From a virus (Duplodnaviria > Caudoviricetes): a DNA stretch of 42,893 nt. A program made the position numbers and the translations under genes. A model generated the notes under the pieces. That model was not told the DNA's origin and ran no database searches. It was given only the letters and a program-made list of their open reading frames with translations. This document shows, in pieces, positions 25,545 to 35,399 of the stretch (positions are counted from its first letter, which is position 1; each line of letters starts with the position of its first letter). The stretch is taken from positions 1 through 42,893 of IMG/VR virus record IMGVR_UViG_3300037515_000246; one strand, given 5' to 3'.

Positions 25545-27300
25545 ACTCTACACCGCCCTCGCGCTCGCCGCGCGCGGTTTCCTTGTCTTCCCGATCAAGG
25601 CGGGGGCGAAGTTCCCACCGTTGGTCAAGAACTGGCCTGCTCGCGCGTCAACAGCCGTTGACGCACCGTGGCCCGAAAACGCCAACGTCGGGATCCACTG
25701 CAAGGGCCTCGTCGTCCTTGACGTGGACGTGCGCGCCAACGGTGACGAATCCTTCGCCAAGCTGGAACTCACGAACGGCCTGCCCCCGACTCTGACCACG
25801 CGCACCCCCACCGGTGGCAGACATTTATTCTACCGCCTGCCGGAAGGCCACCCGGGCGTACCGAACGGCGCCAACAAGCTCGGCCCGGGCATCGACATCA
25901 AAAGCACCAACGGGTACGTCCTCGCTCCCGGTAGCGAAGTCGAAGCCGGGCGCTACCGGTTCGAGGCCGATGTGCCGATTGCGGAGGCGCCGGTGTGGCT
26001 TGTCCAGGAATTGGGTGCGTCCACGATTCGTGAACAAAAGGAAAAAATGGACGTATCGGACGCCCCCGAAGAGGTCGTTTCCCGCGCTCAGGAGTGGCTG
26101 GCGAAACGGCCCAAAGGCGACGAAGTCTTCAAGACCGCTTGCGGGTTGCGCGATTTTGGTGTGTCCGAAGACCAAGCCCTGACGCTGCTGGCCGAACACG
26201 ATGGCCGCCCGATCGACACGTTAAGCCCAAAGGTCGAACACGCGTACAGGTACGCGCAAAACGAACCGGGTGCGCGCGCGGCGAGCGCGGAGGATTTCCC
26301 CGTCGTCGAACAACCCGCCCCCAAACCGCGCCCCAAGTTGTTGCGCCTGACCGAACTGGCTGCGCAGCCGAGTGGCACCGGTTACCTCATCAAAGGGCTG
26401 CTGCAGCGCCGCTCGCACGCCGTCATGTACGGCGCCCCCGGCGAGGGCAAGACTTTCGTGGCGCTCGACATGGCGTACCACGTTGCCGCCAGCAAGGAGT
26501 GGCAGGGCAACAAGGTGCATCCCGGCACGGTGTTCTACCTCGCCTACGAAGGCGTTGGTGGTTTGGCGAAGCGCGCCGCCGCTCTCACCCGCCTGCACGG
26601 CGATGAGGACGCCCCCTTCTACCTCGTGAGCGCTGACTACAACCTGCGCGAAGCGGCCGGGCGCGAGGCGCTTGGTGAGGACATCGCCACGCTCCCCACG
26701 AAGCCGGTCCTCATCATCATCGACACCTTGGCGCGCGCCATGAAGGGCGGCGACGAGAACAGCGCCCAGGACATGGGCGCGCTAAACGACTCCGTGAGTG
26801 CCCTGATCCAGTCAACCGGCGCGTGCGTGCTGCTCATCCACCACAGCGGCAAGAACAAGGCGAGCGGCGCGCGCGGGTCCAGCGCCCTGCTCGGCGCCAT
26901 CGACACCGAGATCGAGATCGACGCGCGCCAGATTTTCACCCGGAAGCAGCGCGACGTGGAACCGGCACACCCGCTCGGGTTCAAGCTGACGCCAGTGAGC
27001 GTCGGGATGGATGCCGACGGCGACGCGGTGATGAGTTGTTACGTCGAGCCCGCCACGCCGATTGTCGAGCGCATGGCCGGGTTGAGCGAGAACGCGCGCC
27101 TCGGGTTCGAGGTGCTGGCGGACCTGTCGCCGGACAACGAAACAGTGGACGGGGACCGGTGGCACTCCAAGTGCCGCGAGTTCCTGCCACAGCAGGACGC
27201 CGCCGCGCGCAAGGCGTTCTACCGTATCCGGAGCACTTTGGTTAAACGCGGCCTGGTGGAAGAAACTCCCAACGGCCGATTTCAGATGAGATTGGAATGA
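25534..27300 (+). CDS. Primase-polymerase / RepA-type (AAA_25) helicase fusion with C-terminal wHTH
   Basis: VFPI..KFP, NVGI, LDVD, TPTGGRHLFY, GYVLAPGS; GAPGEGKT, IIIDT, IHHSGK, RGSSAL. Confidence 0.92.
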   Translation: MTNRLYTALALAARGFLVFPIKAGAKFPPLVKNWPARASTAVDAPWPENANVGIHCKGLVVLDVDVRANGDESFAKLELTNGLPPTLTTRTPTGGRHLFYRLPEGHPGVPNGANKLGPGIDIKSTNGYVLAPGSEVEAGRYRFEADVPIAEAPVWLVQELGASTIREQKEKMDVSDAPEEVVSRAQEWLAKRPKGDEVFKTACGLRDFGVSEDQALTLLAEHDGRPIDTLSPKVEHAYRYAQNEPGARAASAEDFPVVEQPAPKPRPKLLRLTELAAQPSGTGYLIKGLLQRRSHAVMYGAPGEGKTFVALDMAYHVAASKEWQGNKVHPGTVFYLAYEGVGGLAKRAAALTRLHGDEDAPFYLVSADYNLREAAGREALGEDIATLPTKPVLIIIDTLARAMKGGDENSAQDMGALNDSVSALIQSTGACVLLIHHSGKNKASGARGSSALLGAIDTEIEIDARQIFTRKQRDVEPAHPLGFKLTPVSVGMDADGDAVMSCYVEPATPIVERMAGLSENARLGFEVLADLSPDNETVDGDRWHSKCREFLPQQDAAARKAFYRIRSTLVKRGLVEETPNGRFQMRLE

Positions 27301-27506
27301 AGACCGAGAAAACGGTAATTATCGTCTTAGAGACGGAGGAAGAGTGCGACCGCCTAAGAGCGATCCTGAGAATTTTCGACGGTCAAGCGACGCAATTTTT
27401 CTCAGATGCTCGGGGTAAGCATCCTTACCTGCGGGCGGGGTACGACGCGGACCAGTGGGCCGCCATGCAACAGATGGCAGAAGCGTTATGGGGATACACC
27501 CTGTGA
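27297..27506 (+). CDS. Hypothetical protein
   Basis: ATGA-coupled ORF. Confidence 0.55.
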   Translation: MKTEKTVIIVLETEEECDRLRAILRIFDGQATQFFSDARGKHPYLRAGYDADQWAAMQQMAEALWGYTL

Positions 27507-27588
27507 CCCTCCTACTCATCCTTTTCCTCGCCTGCGGCGACGGTGCCCTCGGCCCGCCGCAGGTGCCGGACATCAAGGTGGTGGTCGC

Positions 27589-27810
27589 GTGAACCTCGTC
27601 TCCCCCGCCCACTTCAACGAACTGTGCTTCCCGCAGGATCCGGTGCCGCTGCCAAAGCTGTGGCGCTGGTGCCGCAACGGCGCCCTGCCGGCGCAAAAGA
27701 TCGGCGGCGATTGGTACATCGACGTGGACGCCTTTCAGCAAAAAGCCGAGGAAAAACAGCAGCCTGCGCCGCCCGTGAACTTAGTGGTTGACCGCTTGCG
27801 GCGAGTGTGA
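27589..27810 (+). CDS. xis: Excisionase-like HTH protein
   Basis: LWRWCRNGALPAQKIGGDWYID; GTG 27589; upstream of the integrase. Confidence 0.75.
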   Translation: MNLVSPAHFNELCFPQDPVPLPKLWRWCRNGALPAQKIGGDWYIDVDAFQQKAEEKQQPAPPVNLVVDRLRRV

Positions 27811-27825
27811 TGTGATAAGTACATC

Positions 27826-28026
27826 GTGAGCCTTTCTGAAAGCATGAAAACAGACCAAGACCGGGAGGACGCCGAACGGCGGGCTTGGTCGCTCGGGGAC
27901 TACGTCGACCAAGACTGTCCGAACTGCGGTCGACATCGCCTTTGCGCTTGCCCAAACGGCAAGCATCGCTGCGAGAAATGTAACTGGTGTCCAGAGGACG
28001 GCGATTACGCGCCGACGAACTGGTAA
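27826..28026 (+). CDS. Small zinc-finger protein
   Basis: CPNCGR...CEKCNWCP. Confidence 0.6.
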   Translation: MSLSESMKTDQDREDAERRAWSLGDYVDQDCPNCGRHRLCACPNGKHRCEKCNWCPEDGDYAPTNW

Positions 28027-29189
28027 TGGCCCGCCCCCGCACAACGCAGAAAGACCTGCCCCCGGGGCTGTACTGCTACCCCGGGCGCTCCTGTTACATC
28101 CAGGTCGGGGAAATGAAACCGGTGGCGCTCAACACCCAGGACCGCGGCGAAGCCTTGGCGATCTACTGGGAGTTCAAGAAGCTCCACGACACCGAGAACA
28201 CCACCAAGCGGGCCGACACCTTGGCCGACAAACTGACACTCGCCGCCAAAGGGGCGGACGTGACGACGGTGGCGGACTACGCGCGGATTTGGCGCACGAC
28301 CCATCTGCCGACGCTGTTGAAGCGCACCGGCAAACCAATCAGCGAGAAGACACGAAATGACTATTCCCGAATGCTTGAATACGCTGTGGAGGGAAACGAT
28401 ACCTTCCAGTCTCTTGCGATCGGCAACGCGAGAACTCGTGACCTACGGCAGTTTCTGGCTCAGTGGATTTCTGCACCAGCCTACTATAATTACGTCAAGG
28501 CAGTTTTATCTCGAATGTTCGCCCAAGCCGTCGACGAAGGACTCCTCGACTCCAACCCCGTGACCGACGTTGTCAGGCGCGCCACTGCCCGCCGGGAAGT
28601 AGTCCTGCCGATGGCGGATTACCTCAAGATCACGGCGCAGCTTGAAGAGTGGGAAGCCCGCGCTTGCGACCTCGTCTACCTCATCTCCCACCGCCCCGGC
28701 GACGTGCTGCGGCTGCAAGACCGCGCACCGTGGGTGCGCTATGAAGTGCGCGACGGGCGCGACGTGGTCGTTGTGTCGTTCACCGCCACGAAGAACGAAC
28801 AGGCCGTCGAGATCGCGGACGACATGCAGACGCAGGGCGGTATCGAAGCCACGTTGCAGTGGTTCCGACGTTGGAAGGAAGGGCAGGGAATCGTCTCGAA
28901 GGCCGTCGTGGTGTACCCCAAGACGGCGCGCCGCCAGGATGTCGGGCGGGCGATTTCGCGTGACTACTTATCCCGCAGGTTTGCGGAAGCGGCCACGAAG
29001 GCGGGATTTGAAGCGGGGACGTATACGTTGCGCGACCTGCGCAAGACCGGCCTTACAGACGAGGCGCAGCTTGCGGGCGAGGCGACGAACAAGGGCGGGC
29101 ACAAGACTGAACAGATGCGGCAGTATTATGTGGTCGGCAGCGTGCCTCAAAGAGTGCGGAACAACTTGGTGGTGATGCGGGGGAGATAA
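28026..29189 (+). CDS. int: Tyrosine integrase
   Basis: MARPR..LPPGLY arm-binding N-terminus; HRPGDV, ATKN, RDLRKT, GGHKT, QYY; adjacent attP. Confidence 0.9.
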   Translation: MARPRTTQKDLPPGLYCYPGRSCYIQVGEMKPVALNTQDRGEALAIYWEFKKLHDTENTTKRADTLADKLTLAAKGADVTTVADYARIWRTTHLPTLLKRTGKPISEKTRNDYSRMLEYAVEGNDTFQSLAIGNARTRDLRQFLAQWISAPAYYNYVKAVLSRMFAQAVDEGLLDSNPVTDVVRRATARREVVLPMADYLKITAQLEEWEARACDLVYLISHRPGDVLRLQDRAPWVRYEVRDGRDVVVVSFTATKNEQAVEIADDMQTQGGIEATLQWFRRWKEGQGIVSKAVVVYPKTARRQDVGRAISRDYLSRRFAEAATKAGFEAGTYTLRDLRKTGLTDEAQLAGEATNKGGHKTEQMRQYYVVGSVPQRVRNNLVVMRGR

Positions 29190-29383
29190 TGGACACAAAC
29201 GTAGCGACTATGATCGGCGGCCGTAAGTTTAACCGGTGGGATGAAGAGATTATCCCCTGCCGTTTATGCGGTGGGCCAACCACTATGCCGGGGACGAGGC
29301 TGTGCGACCGTTGTTGGGAACTGGAACGCCGCGTGCAAGCGGATCCGGAACTAGCCCGCAAAATCCTCCGGACTCCAGGCTAG
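29189..29383 (+). CDS. Small zinc-finger protein
   Basis: CRLCG...LCDRCWELE; coupled to int. Confidence 0.6.
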   Translation: MDTNVATMIGGRKFNRWDEEIIPCRLCGGPTTMPGTRLCDRCWELERRVQADPELARKILRTPG

Positions 29384-29414
29384 TTCTCGCAAAATTCTCA
29401 CAGAATTCTTACAG
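29384..29414 (+). repeat. Candidate integrase arm-type repeats
   Basis: TTCTCGCA / TTCTCACA / TTCTTACA in tandem next to the att core. Confidence 0.55.
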
Positions 29415-29437
29415 CACCCACCTAAGTCCTTGAAAAA

Positions 29438-29482
29438 TGGTGGGCCGTGTAGGGGTTGAACCTACGACCCGCTGATTAAGAG
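29438..29482 (-). mobile_element. attP core: 3' half of tRNA-Lys(CUU)
   Basis: Minus strand CTCTTAATCAGCGGGTCGTAGGTTCAACCCCTACACGGCCCACCA contains the anticodon loop, T-arm, acceptor strand and CCA; no 5' half. Confidence 0.85.
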
Positions 29483-29604
29483 AGAGAAGGGTGAAACGAG
29501 GATTTGTGTTGCAGGACAAGAAGTTAAGGTTGTTTGCGGGGAGTCGCATACCTTAATATACTTTCATTCAGTTACAGCTAGTTACAAGAGGGTTTTTACA
29601 GCAG

Positions 29605-29838
29605 ATGAAAACACCACGCGAAAAGTACCTAAACGATCCAGAGTACCACCAGCTCGTTGGTATGTTGGAGAATTTTATTGAACACGCACGATTCACCCCC
29701 TCTGAGTTGCGTGAAGCGTTGGTGCTAGCGTGTATTAACTACGAGACGCGTCATGTTCGTGGACGAACCATTGACCCGCGAGCAGAAGAAGCGTTCCGTG
29801 TTCTGGACGAATTCACTACGCGCAGGCCAAGACGGTAA
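29605..29838 (+). CDS. Hypothetical protein
   Basis: 77-aa ORF right of attP. Confidence 0.6.
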   Translation: MKTPREKYLNDPEYHQLVGMLENFIEHARFTPSELREALVLACINYETRHVRGRTIDPRAEEAFRVLDEFTTRRPRR

Positions 29839-29902
29839 TAATCCACGGCCCCCATCAAGCGCGTCCCACGAGAGGGGAAGGATAAATAGGGGAATTACAT
29901 GC

Positions 29903-30202
29903 ATGACTCCCTCGATTGACATGGTTAATTTCAGCGATGACGAATACCTACGTTGTGACCTGTTCGGGGGAGAGCGTGACGTGGACATTCGTTGTCGCAC
30001 CGTGAAGATAACGAAGGTCAGAAAATCGCATAAGTGCCACGGGTTCGACAGAGAAACGCACGGCCATACGATCAACCCCGGAGAGCGGGCACGCTACGAA
30101 AAGGCCATCGTTGATGGCAAATGGGAGCGGTACTACGTGTGCCTTGGCTGTATGGACAAATTCCTTATTGAGTACTGCGATATGAAGCCACGCACCCACT
30201 GA
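29903..30202 (+). CDS. Cys/His-containing hypothetical protein
   Basis: KVRKSHKC...I.PGE.A...YVCLGC; purine-rich RBS before ATG 29903. Confidence 0.6.
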   Translation: MTPSIDMVNFSDDEYLRCDLFGGERDVDIRCRTVKITKVRKSHKCHGFDRETHGHTINPGERARYEKAIVDGKWERYYVCLGCMDKFLIEYCDMKPRTH

Positions 30203-30243
30203 ACGGAAGTCAAGTATATAAATCCCATAAATAGGAGGCTTTT

Positions 30244-30594
30244 ATGCGCGGAATACTTCTGGTGATTTTTGCGGCGAGCCTGACAGGCTGCGCCGCGGGG
30301 AAGTCCTACCAACGCGAATGTGAGGAACAGACGGCGACGTTCCCCGCGATGGTGCGGTGCCTGAAGACTGCTCTCGATGCCGACCGGCGGCCATACAGCG
30401 AAGAGACAAAACTGTACGTGATGAAGGCGGAACAGCTAAGCCAGAAGGTTCAGCGCCAAGAGATGAGCGACGCCGACGCACGGGTGGCGTTGCAGGAGTT
30501 ACGCGTTCAACTGAAAGCGAACGGGGCGGTGACAGCGCCTACCCGCACCCGTTGCCGGCGGGTGCAGAACGTTCTTTACTGCCGCAGTTACTGA
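30244..30594 (+). CDS. Putative lipoprotein (moron)
   Basis: AGGAGG RBS; signal peptide with lipobox LTGC; C-terminal TRC.....LYC. Confidence 0.7.
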   Translation: MRGILLVIFAASLTGCAAGKSYQRECEEQTATFPAMVRCLKTALDADRRPYSEETKLYVMKAEQLSQKVQRQEMSDADARVALQELRVQLKANGAVTAPTRTRCRRVQNVLYCRSY

Positions 30595-30595
30595 C

Positions 30596-30988
30596 CTACC
30601 AAGTAAACTCGATGTTCTCCGCCTTGTGCGCCATAATCAAGGTAATCACCGCGTCGCGGACTTCTCGGTGCGGAGCAAACTCAGACAGCTTCCACTGTTG
30701 GGGAACAATGAACGACATGCTGGCCTCGTCCGGAGGTGGCGGAATGCGTAGCTTCTGCTTCCACTGCCGGCCATCGGCGGCCGTAAACTCGTAGCGGAAT
30801 TCGTCCGAGTCTACGTCGCCGAGGCGCTTGACAAGGAAACTCGCCAACGGGACCGCAGCGTGCACCGAGGCCAACAGCGTCGCCAACTGCGAAACCACTC
30901 GCGCAATCTCCTGAGTGGGAGCCTCTACCGGATCCTGCATCTCAACGCTGATGGTGGAGTTCGCACTGTGATAATGAGCTGACGCCAT
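30596..30988 (-). CDS. Hypothetical protein
   Basis: GGAGG RBS; last gene of the virion operon. Confidence 0.55.
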   Translation of the reverse strand: MASAHYHSANSTISVEMQDPVEAPTQEIARVVSQLATLLASVHAAVPLASFLVKRLGDVDSDEFRYEFTAADGRQWKQKLRIPPPPDEASMSFIVPQQWKLSEFAPHREVRDAVITLIMAHKAENIEFTW

Positions 30989-31009
30989 AAGTACCTCCGC
31001 GGTTTACTG

Positions 31010-33088
31010 TTATCTTTCCGCTTCTCCCTGCACGCTGAACTCGTCTGATAATTGGTCGAGGAACGTCGCGATCTCAACCTGTACGTCCTCCGGCTCGCTC
31101 GCCATGCTGCTCCCCAGGCGCGCGATCAGTCCCGGCATACGCGCCGCTGGTATCTCCGTGCTGCGCGCCAGGAAATTCACGAACTTCGGATTGGTAAACG
31201 CCCGCGCGCTCATGTTGGCGCCGCTGGCGATGCCCAGGATCCGCAGGGTAATGCCGCCCTGCCCCGCCAAGGCCGATCCTGCCACACTTGTACCAAGACC
31301 AATGTTGGCGATCGCCCGCGCCGTACCGGACGGGTTGGCGAATACCCTGCCCGCTTCACGGAAACGCTCTGCGACCTTGGCGACGACACCCATGTCGTGG
31401 GTGAACTTCGCCCCACCAGAGGTGCCTTGGGTCAGCGCCTGAAGGGTGCCTTTGTTGCGGCCGTACTTGCTCCAGTTGGTCAGGAAGGTGTTAAGAGAGA
31501 AGACGTCACCCGCGGCGTCCTGCGCGCCGGGGGAGGCACGTCCCATCCGGTCAAAGATGGTCGCCGCAACCACATCCCAGTTATCCTTGCCAATCGAGCG
31601 TTTAGCCGCATTCATGACCGTTGGTCCGGCGTGCCCAGACCGCTCCAGAGCCACGAACACCCGCTCGGGGATATCACTGGTCGTCAATGGGGCCAATCGT
31701 TGGTCCAGGCGGCTCATAGCGGCTTGGTAATACTTGTTGGACCGCTCAAAGGCAGCCAGTGCCTTCGGATCGGTCGCCCGAAGGTGGGCACGTAAGTCGT
31801 CAGTCATGGCGGCGTACAGCTTCTTGAGCTGCCCTTGCGGCAGGTTCGCGGCATAGGATTCAGGGATAAGCCCGCCAACGCTCGATCGGAAAGTACGTAA
31901 GTCCTTGTACGCCATGACGCCGCCGCGGCTGACATCATCAAGCCGCTCGGCAATCTTGGCGAGTTGCGGGTAAGCCGCCGCGTTCACGGGGTCCGCCAGC
32001 TCTACCATCGCGCCACGGGTGTTGTTTGCCCGGACCGAGATACCGGGGGCGACAATCTTCGCCACCTTGGCGTCGAGTGCGCGCCACGTGTTCTTGAAGT
32101 TGCGGACGTAGTCTTTGATACCGCCCTTGATCGCCGTGCCAGCCGTGTCGGTCGAGCGAATTGGGGCGATTCCCGCGGCAGCATTGTCGACATAGTTGTA
32201 CATCTGGCGCGCTGTTTTCTCCGCATAGGTCGCCATGCGGCCGGAAGAGCCGGGCAGGATGGCGAGACCGGCCTCGATTGACTCATTGAACCGCCGCCCG
32301 GTCGCCATGCCGACGGTGGGGGTTGCCCCCGCCTCGGCAAATTCTTTAACAGACTTCTCCATCGCCCGGCGGGTTCCATCTCCACCCCGCACAAGACGAC
32401 GCACGCTGCCCGCCGCTGCGGCCGGCGCGAGCGTGCCGATCAGCAGACCCGTAATCTCGGCCGCCTTGGATTCGGGGGCGATTTCCTTGGCCGTCCCCGC
32501 GCCGAGGCCACCAAGGGCGGCAAGGCCGGTCTCAGCTTTGGCGAACGCCGCGGGGGCCGCCTTGGCAGCCTCGACAGCGGGCTTGAACAAGGAGGCACCT
32601 TTCCTTCCCATCTCGGCAGTCTTGAGGACCGCCCCGGCCGGCACCAGAGCCGCGCCAACCTCTTCCCCAACTCGGCGGGAGATACGCCCCCCTGCCGAGT
32701 CAGACTCTTCCGCAGTGAGGCCAGACTCCACCCCCGCCCTCTTGACCTCTTCCGCGCTCATCGGCAGGTTGGAGGGGTCAACCCCGAGCTTTTCTCCCGC
32801 TGCGCGCACAAGGCTGCCCGGCAGGTTCAGCATACCCGCGAGCCCTTCCAGAACACCGCTGGCGGGCTGGCCGAGCGCGTCCGCGATCTGGTTCACGAAG
32901 TCGGGCATCCGGTCGCTGATGGCGCGGTTCATGCGCGCAGCGGGGGCCTCGGGGTCGGTCTCGGAGGCATCGTCTCCGCCCCCAAGATGCTGCTGGAGCA
33001 CGGCAAACGCCTGCTCCTGAGTGGCACCTTCCGGGCCCTCAATCTCGTACTCCTGGCCCTCCGGCGACGTAAAGGCGAAGGTCGTCAT
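31010..33088 (-). CDS. Internal virion / DNA ejection protein
   Basis: TSPEGQEYEIEGPEGATQEQA N-terminus, Ala/Gly-rich helical body, NPSGTA motif; position after tail genes. Confidence 0.7.
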   Translation of the reverse strand: MTTFAFTSPEGQEYEIEGPEGATQEQAFAVLQQHLGGGDDASETDPEAPAARMNRAISDRMPDFVNQIADALGQPASGVLEGLAGMLNLPGSLVRAAGEKLGVDPSNLPMSAEEVKRAGVESGLTAEESDSAGGRISRRVGEEVGAALVPAGAVLKTAEMGRKGASLFKPAVEAAKAAPAAFAKAETGLAALGGLGAGTAKEIAPESKAAEITGLLIGTLAPAAAAGSVRRLVRGGDGTRRAMEKSVKEFAEAGATPTVGMATGRRFNESIEAGLAILPGSSGRMATYAEKTARQMYNYVDNAAAGIAPIRSTDTAGTAIKGGIKDYVRNFKNTWRALDAKVAKIVAPGISVRANNTRGAMVELADPVNAAAYPQLAKIAERLDDVSRGGVMAYKDLRTFRSSVGGLIPESYAANLPQGQLKKLYAAMTDDLRAHLRATDPKALAAFERSNKYYQAAMSRLDQRLAPLTTSDIPERVFVALERSGHAGPTVMNAAKRSIGKDNWDVVAATIFDRMGRASPGAQDAAGDVFSLNTFLTNWSKYGRNKGTLQALTQGTSGGAKFTHDMGVVAKVAERFREAGRVFANPSGTARAIANIGLGTSVAGSALAGQGGITLRILGIASGANMSARAFTNPKFVNFLARSTEIPAARMPGLIARLGSSMASEPEDVQVEIATFLDQLSDEFSVQGEAER

Positions 33089-34452
33089 TTGACCTTAACC
33101 TTCCACCCACTGGGCAGCCCTGACGCAGCGGACGCTTTCTTATTTGTCATCAGAAACCGGGCGTATTGGTCGGCGTCCATCCAGCCCTGACCTTTCAATT
33201 CCTTGGCTTGCTCTTTCGGAAACAACTGCGCCTCGCCGTTCTGATCGAACAACGTGGTAGTCCTACCGATGACGGGGCTTTTGTAGCCTTCCAGATTCTT
33301 CTTCGGACTGGCCTCAATGTACTGACGCCGCGCTTCGCCTTCCTCCGCGGCCTTCACGCCAAGGGATATATTCCCGATGAGAATGTTCAGGTTCACCTTG
33401 TCGTCCAGCTTGATGCCGGGCTGCGTGCGGTCCCACGCGCCACGTTCGACGGCGGTGTCGATCGACCGCGAGAAGCCCGAGAACGTCGTCACGAGGTTTT
33501 TCAGGTTGATCTTGTTGAAATTCGCCTCCAGGTCTTGCAGTTCGGCGTCGGTGAACCGCTTTAGCCCGCCCACCGTGGCGAACGGACCTGTGCCGCCAAG
33601 CGAGCCCTTGGTGTACTGCATGAGCTTAGTGATGCCTTCTTTCGCCACGTCGACCTGATCGGAGATTTTCAGTGCGTTCGTGGCTTCATCGTTGGCGAGC
33701 GTTCCCGCCGCCGTGGACTGCGCCTTCGTGCCCGCCAAATTGCCCTGCAACGTCGGGTCGGAACTGGACTTAATAACCGGCTTTCCAATCGGCTGCCTTG
33801 TAGCGGGGTCGACGATCACACCACGGCGGGCATCAAACGCCTTCACCCCTTCCGCGGTTTCGACCGGGACGAAGTACTCACCCCGCCCTTTGGCGCTCTG
33901 GTTCGGGTCCAGCACAAGATCGCCGTAGTTCCCGCTGGTCTTATATTTCTGCACGGATTCAGGGAGGTATTGGCTCAACTTGTCTAGCTCAGACGCTTTT
34001 AATTCCGCGATGCCGGCACGCTCCTTGTCAGCAGCGAGTTTCAACGCTTCGCGGGTGTCCCCCCACTGAAGCGCTTTCGCGGCGCCGTCCTCTTCACCGT
34101 GCTTCATAAATATCCCGGCCGCGCGGCGGGCGAATCCCTTCGGGTCAGCTTCCATGTCCAGCCCTTCCTCTGCCGCCACCCGGGTCATTTCATCCCGCGC
34201 CTTCGCCAATCGTTCCGCCCGCTCCATCTCGGGCGGCTTCGGAAGCACGCCCTTCTCGATCAGCAATTTACCGAGCATACCCCCCGCGGCGGAACCCATC
34301 ATGGATACGCCACGCGTGCGAGGGTCTGCGCCCTTTGTCTGCTCGGCAGTGCTCTCCATCAGGGATGCAAGCTGCTGCTGCATAAGCTGACGCGGGGTCA
34401 GGGTCGGATTGCCGAAGAGGTCGACGGCCTGAGATTGTTTCGCTTGTGCCAT
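33085..34452 (-). CDS. Internal virion / DNA ejection protein
   Basis: Helical; ends LPSGWKVKVK; synteny. Confidence 0.65.
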   Translation of the reverse strand: MAQAKQSQAVDLFGNPTLTPRQLMQQQLASLMESTAEQTKGADPRTRGVSMMGSAAGGMLGKLLIEKGVLPKPPEMERAERLAKARDEMTRVAAEEGLDMEADPKGFARRAAGIFMKHGEEDGAAKALQWGDTREALKLAADKERAGIAELKASELDKLSQYLPESVQKYKTSGNYGDLVLDPNQSAKGRGEYFVPVETAEGVKAFDARRGVIVDPATRQPIGKPVIKSSSDPTLQGNLAGTKAQSTAAGTLANDEATNALKISDQVDVAKEGITKLMQYTKGSLGGTGPFATVGGLKRFTDAELQDLEANFNKINLKNLVTTFSGFSRSIDTAVERGAWDRTQPGIKLDDKVNLNILIGNISLGVKAAEEGEARRQYIEASPKKNLEGYKSPVIGRTTTLFDQNGEAQLFPKEQAKELKGQGWMDADQYARFLMTNKKASAASGLPSGWKVKVK

Positions 34453-34461
34453 GATCGTCTC

Positions 34462-35196
34462 CTATTTCGGCGTCTGTGGCATGCCGAACGCGCCACTGAT
34501 TAGATTCCCGAAGAAATCGGCGCGTGCGCCACGGTCGGCTTCCGCCCCGGCGTATTGCAGCTTCGGCCCACCAGCCGCCACGTTGGCCGCAGCGATGTCG
34601 CGCGAGGCGCGTAGGCTCTCGGCGTTAAACAGTCCTGACATGAATTGGGAAGGCATCGACGCCTCCATCGCGAGTTGGATACCCTGCCCCGCGCCCTCCA
34701 GCAATCCCGCGCGCTCGCGACGCGCTTCCTCGGAGGCCAGGAGCTGGGACTCCAGGTCCGCCATCGCCTCGGCGCCGAAGAAGCTCGCCATCTCCGGATT
34801 CTCGCCGCGCGCCCCGGTGCCAAGGCCCAGGCGCCCTTGCTGCAGCAGGCGCGACTCCAAGGACCCGAGCTGGGAGCCGAACTGTGGCGCGCGGCGGGCG
34901 CGGAGCAGGGAGAGGGTGCGGTTTGTGGCGTCGCCCTCGTCGAAGGCAGCCAACTTGCTCATCAAGTTGCCGAAGAAGTCCATCCCGGATCCGGCAGCGG
35001 CATTCAGCCGCGGGTCCAGGTTAAAACTGAGGCCACTCTTGTCGTAAGTCCCGGTACCGGCGGCGCTGCGGACTCGCAGTGGCGTGAAGTTGCGCAGGTT
35101 CTCGCCGATCTGAAACAGTTGGCGCGAGGCATCACCGCCGGCCTGTCGTGACCCGGAGAGCCCGAGGCCGCTGGTTAGGTTACTAAGGAAGCCCAT
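34462..35196 (-). CDS. Internal virion (pilot-like) protein
   Basis: MGFLSNL start, Gly/Ala-rich, LESRLLQQGRLG; synteny. Confidence 0.6.
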   Translation of the reverse strand: MGFLSNLTSGLGLSGSRQAGGDASRQLFQIGENLRNFTPLRVRSAAGTGTYDKSGLSFNLDPRLNAAAGSGMDFFGNLMSKLAAFDEGDATNRTLSLLRARRAPQFGSQLGSLESRLLQQGRLGLGTGARGENPEMASFFGAEAMADLESQLLASEEARRERAGLLEGAGQGIQLAMEASMPSQFMSGLFNAESLRASRDIAAANVAAGGPKLQYAGAEADRGARADFFGNLISGAFGMPQTPK

Positions 35197-35209
35197 TATC
35201 TTGCTCCTG

Positions 35210-35392
35210 TCATTTCTTCCGCCACCGGGCGACGAGTTTTTTCACCGTCTCGGTTTCGTAAATCCTGATCGTGGTCCAAATAATTGTGAGTAGGGCGGCA
35301 ACGGCGGGCAAAAAGCCCACAACCGCCCCCAGCATGGTCCCGATGCTCACGCCATCGCCGAGATGTTTCAAAGGTGTGGTCCCTGTGGTCAT
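35210..35392 (-). CDS. Small membrane protein (holin-like)
   Basis: LPAVAALLTIIWTTIRIYETETVK; basic tail. Confidence 0.6.
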   Translation of the reverse strand: MTTGTTPLKHLGDGVSIGTMLGAVVGFLPAVAALLTIIWTTIRIYETETVKKLVARWRKK

Positions 35393-35399
35393 GATTGGT

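Noticed and set aside
29438-29482. Functional tRNA gene
   Set aside because: Only the 3' half is present; no D-arm or 5' acceptor strand.
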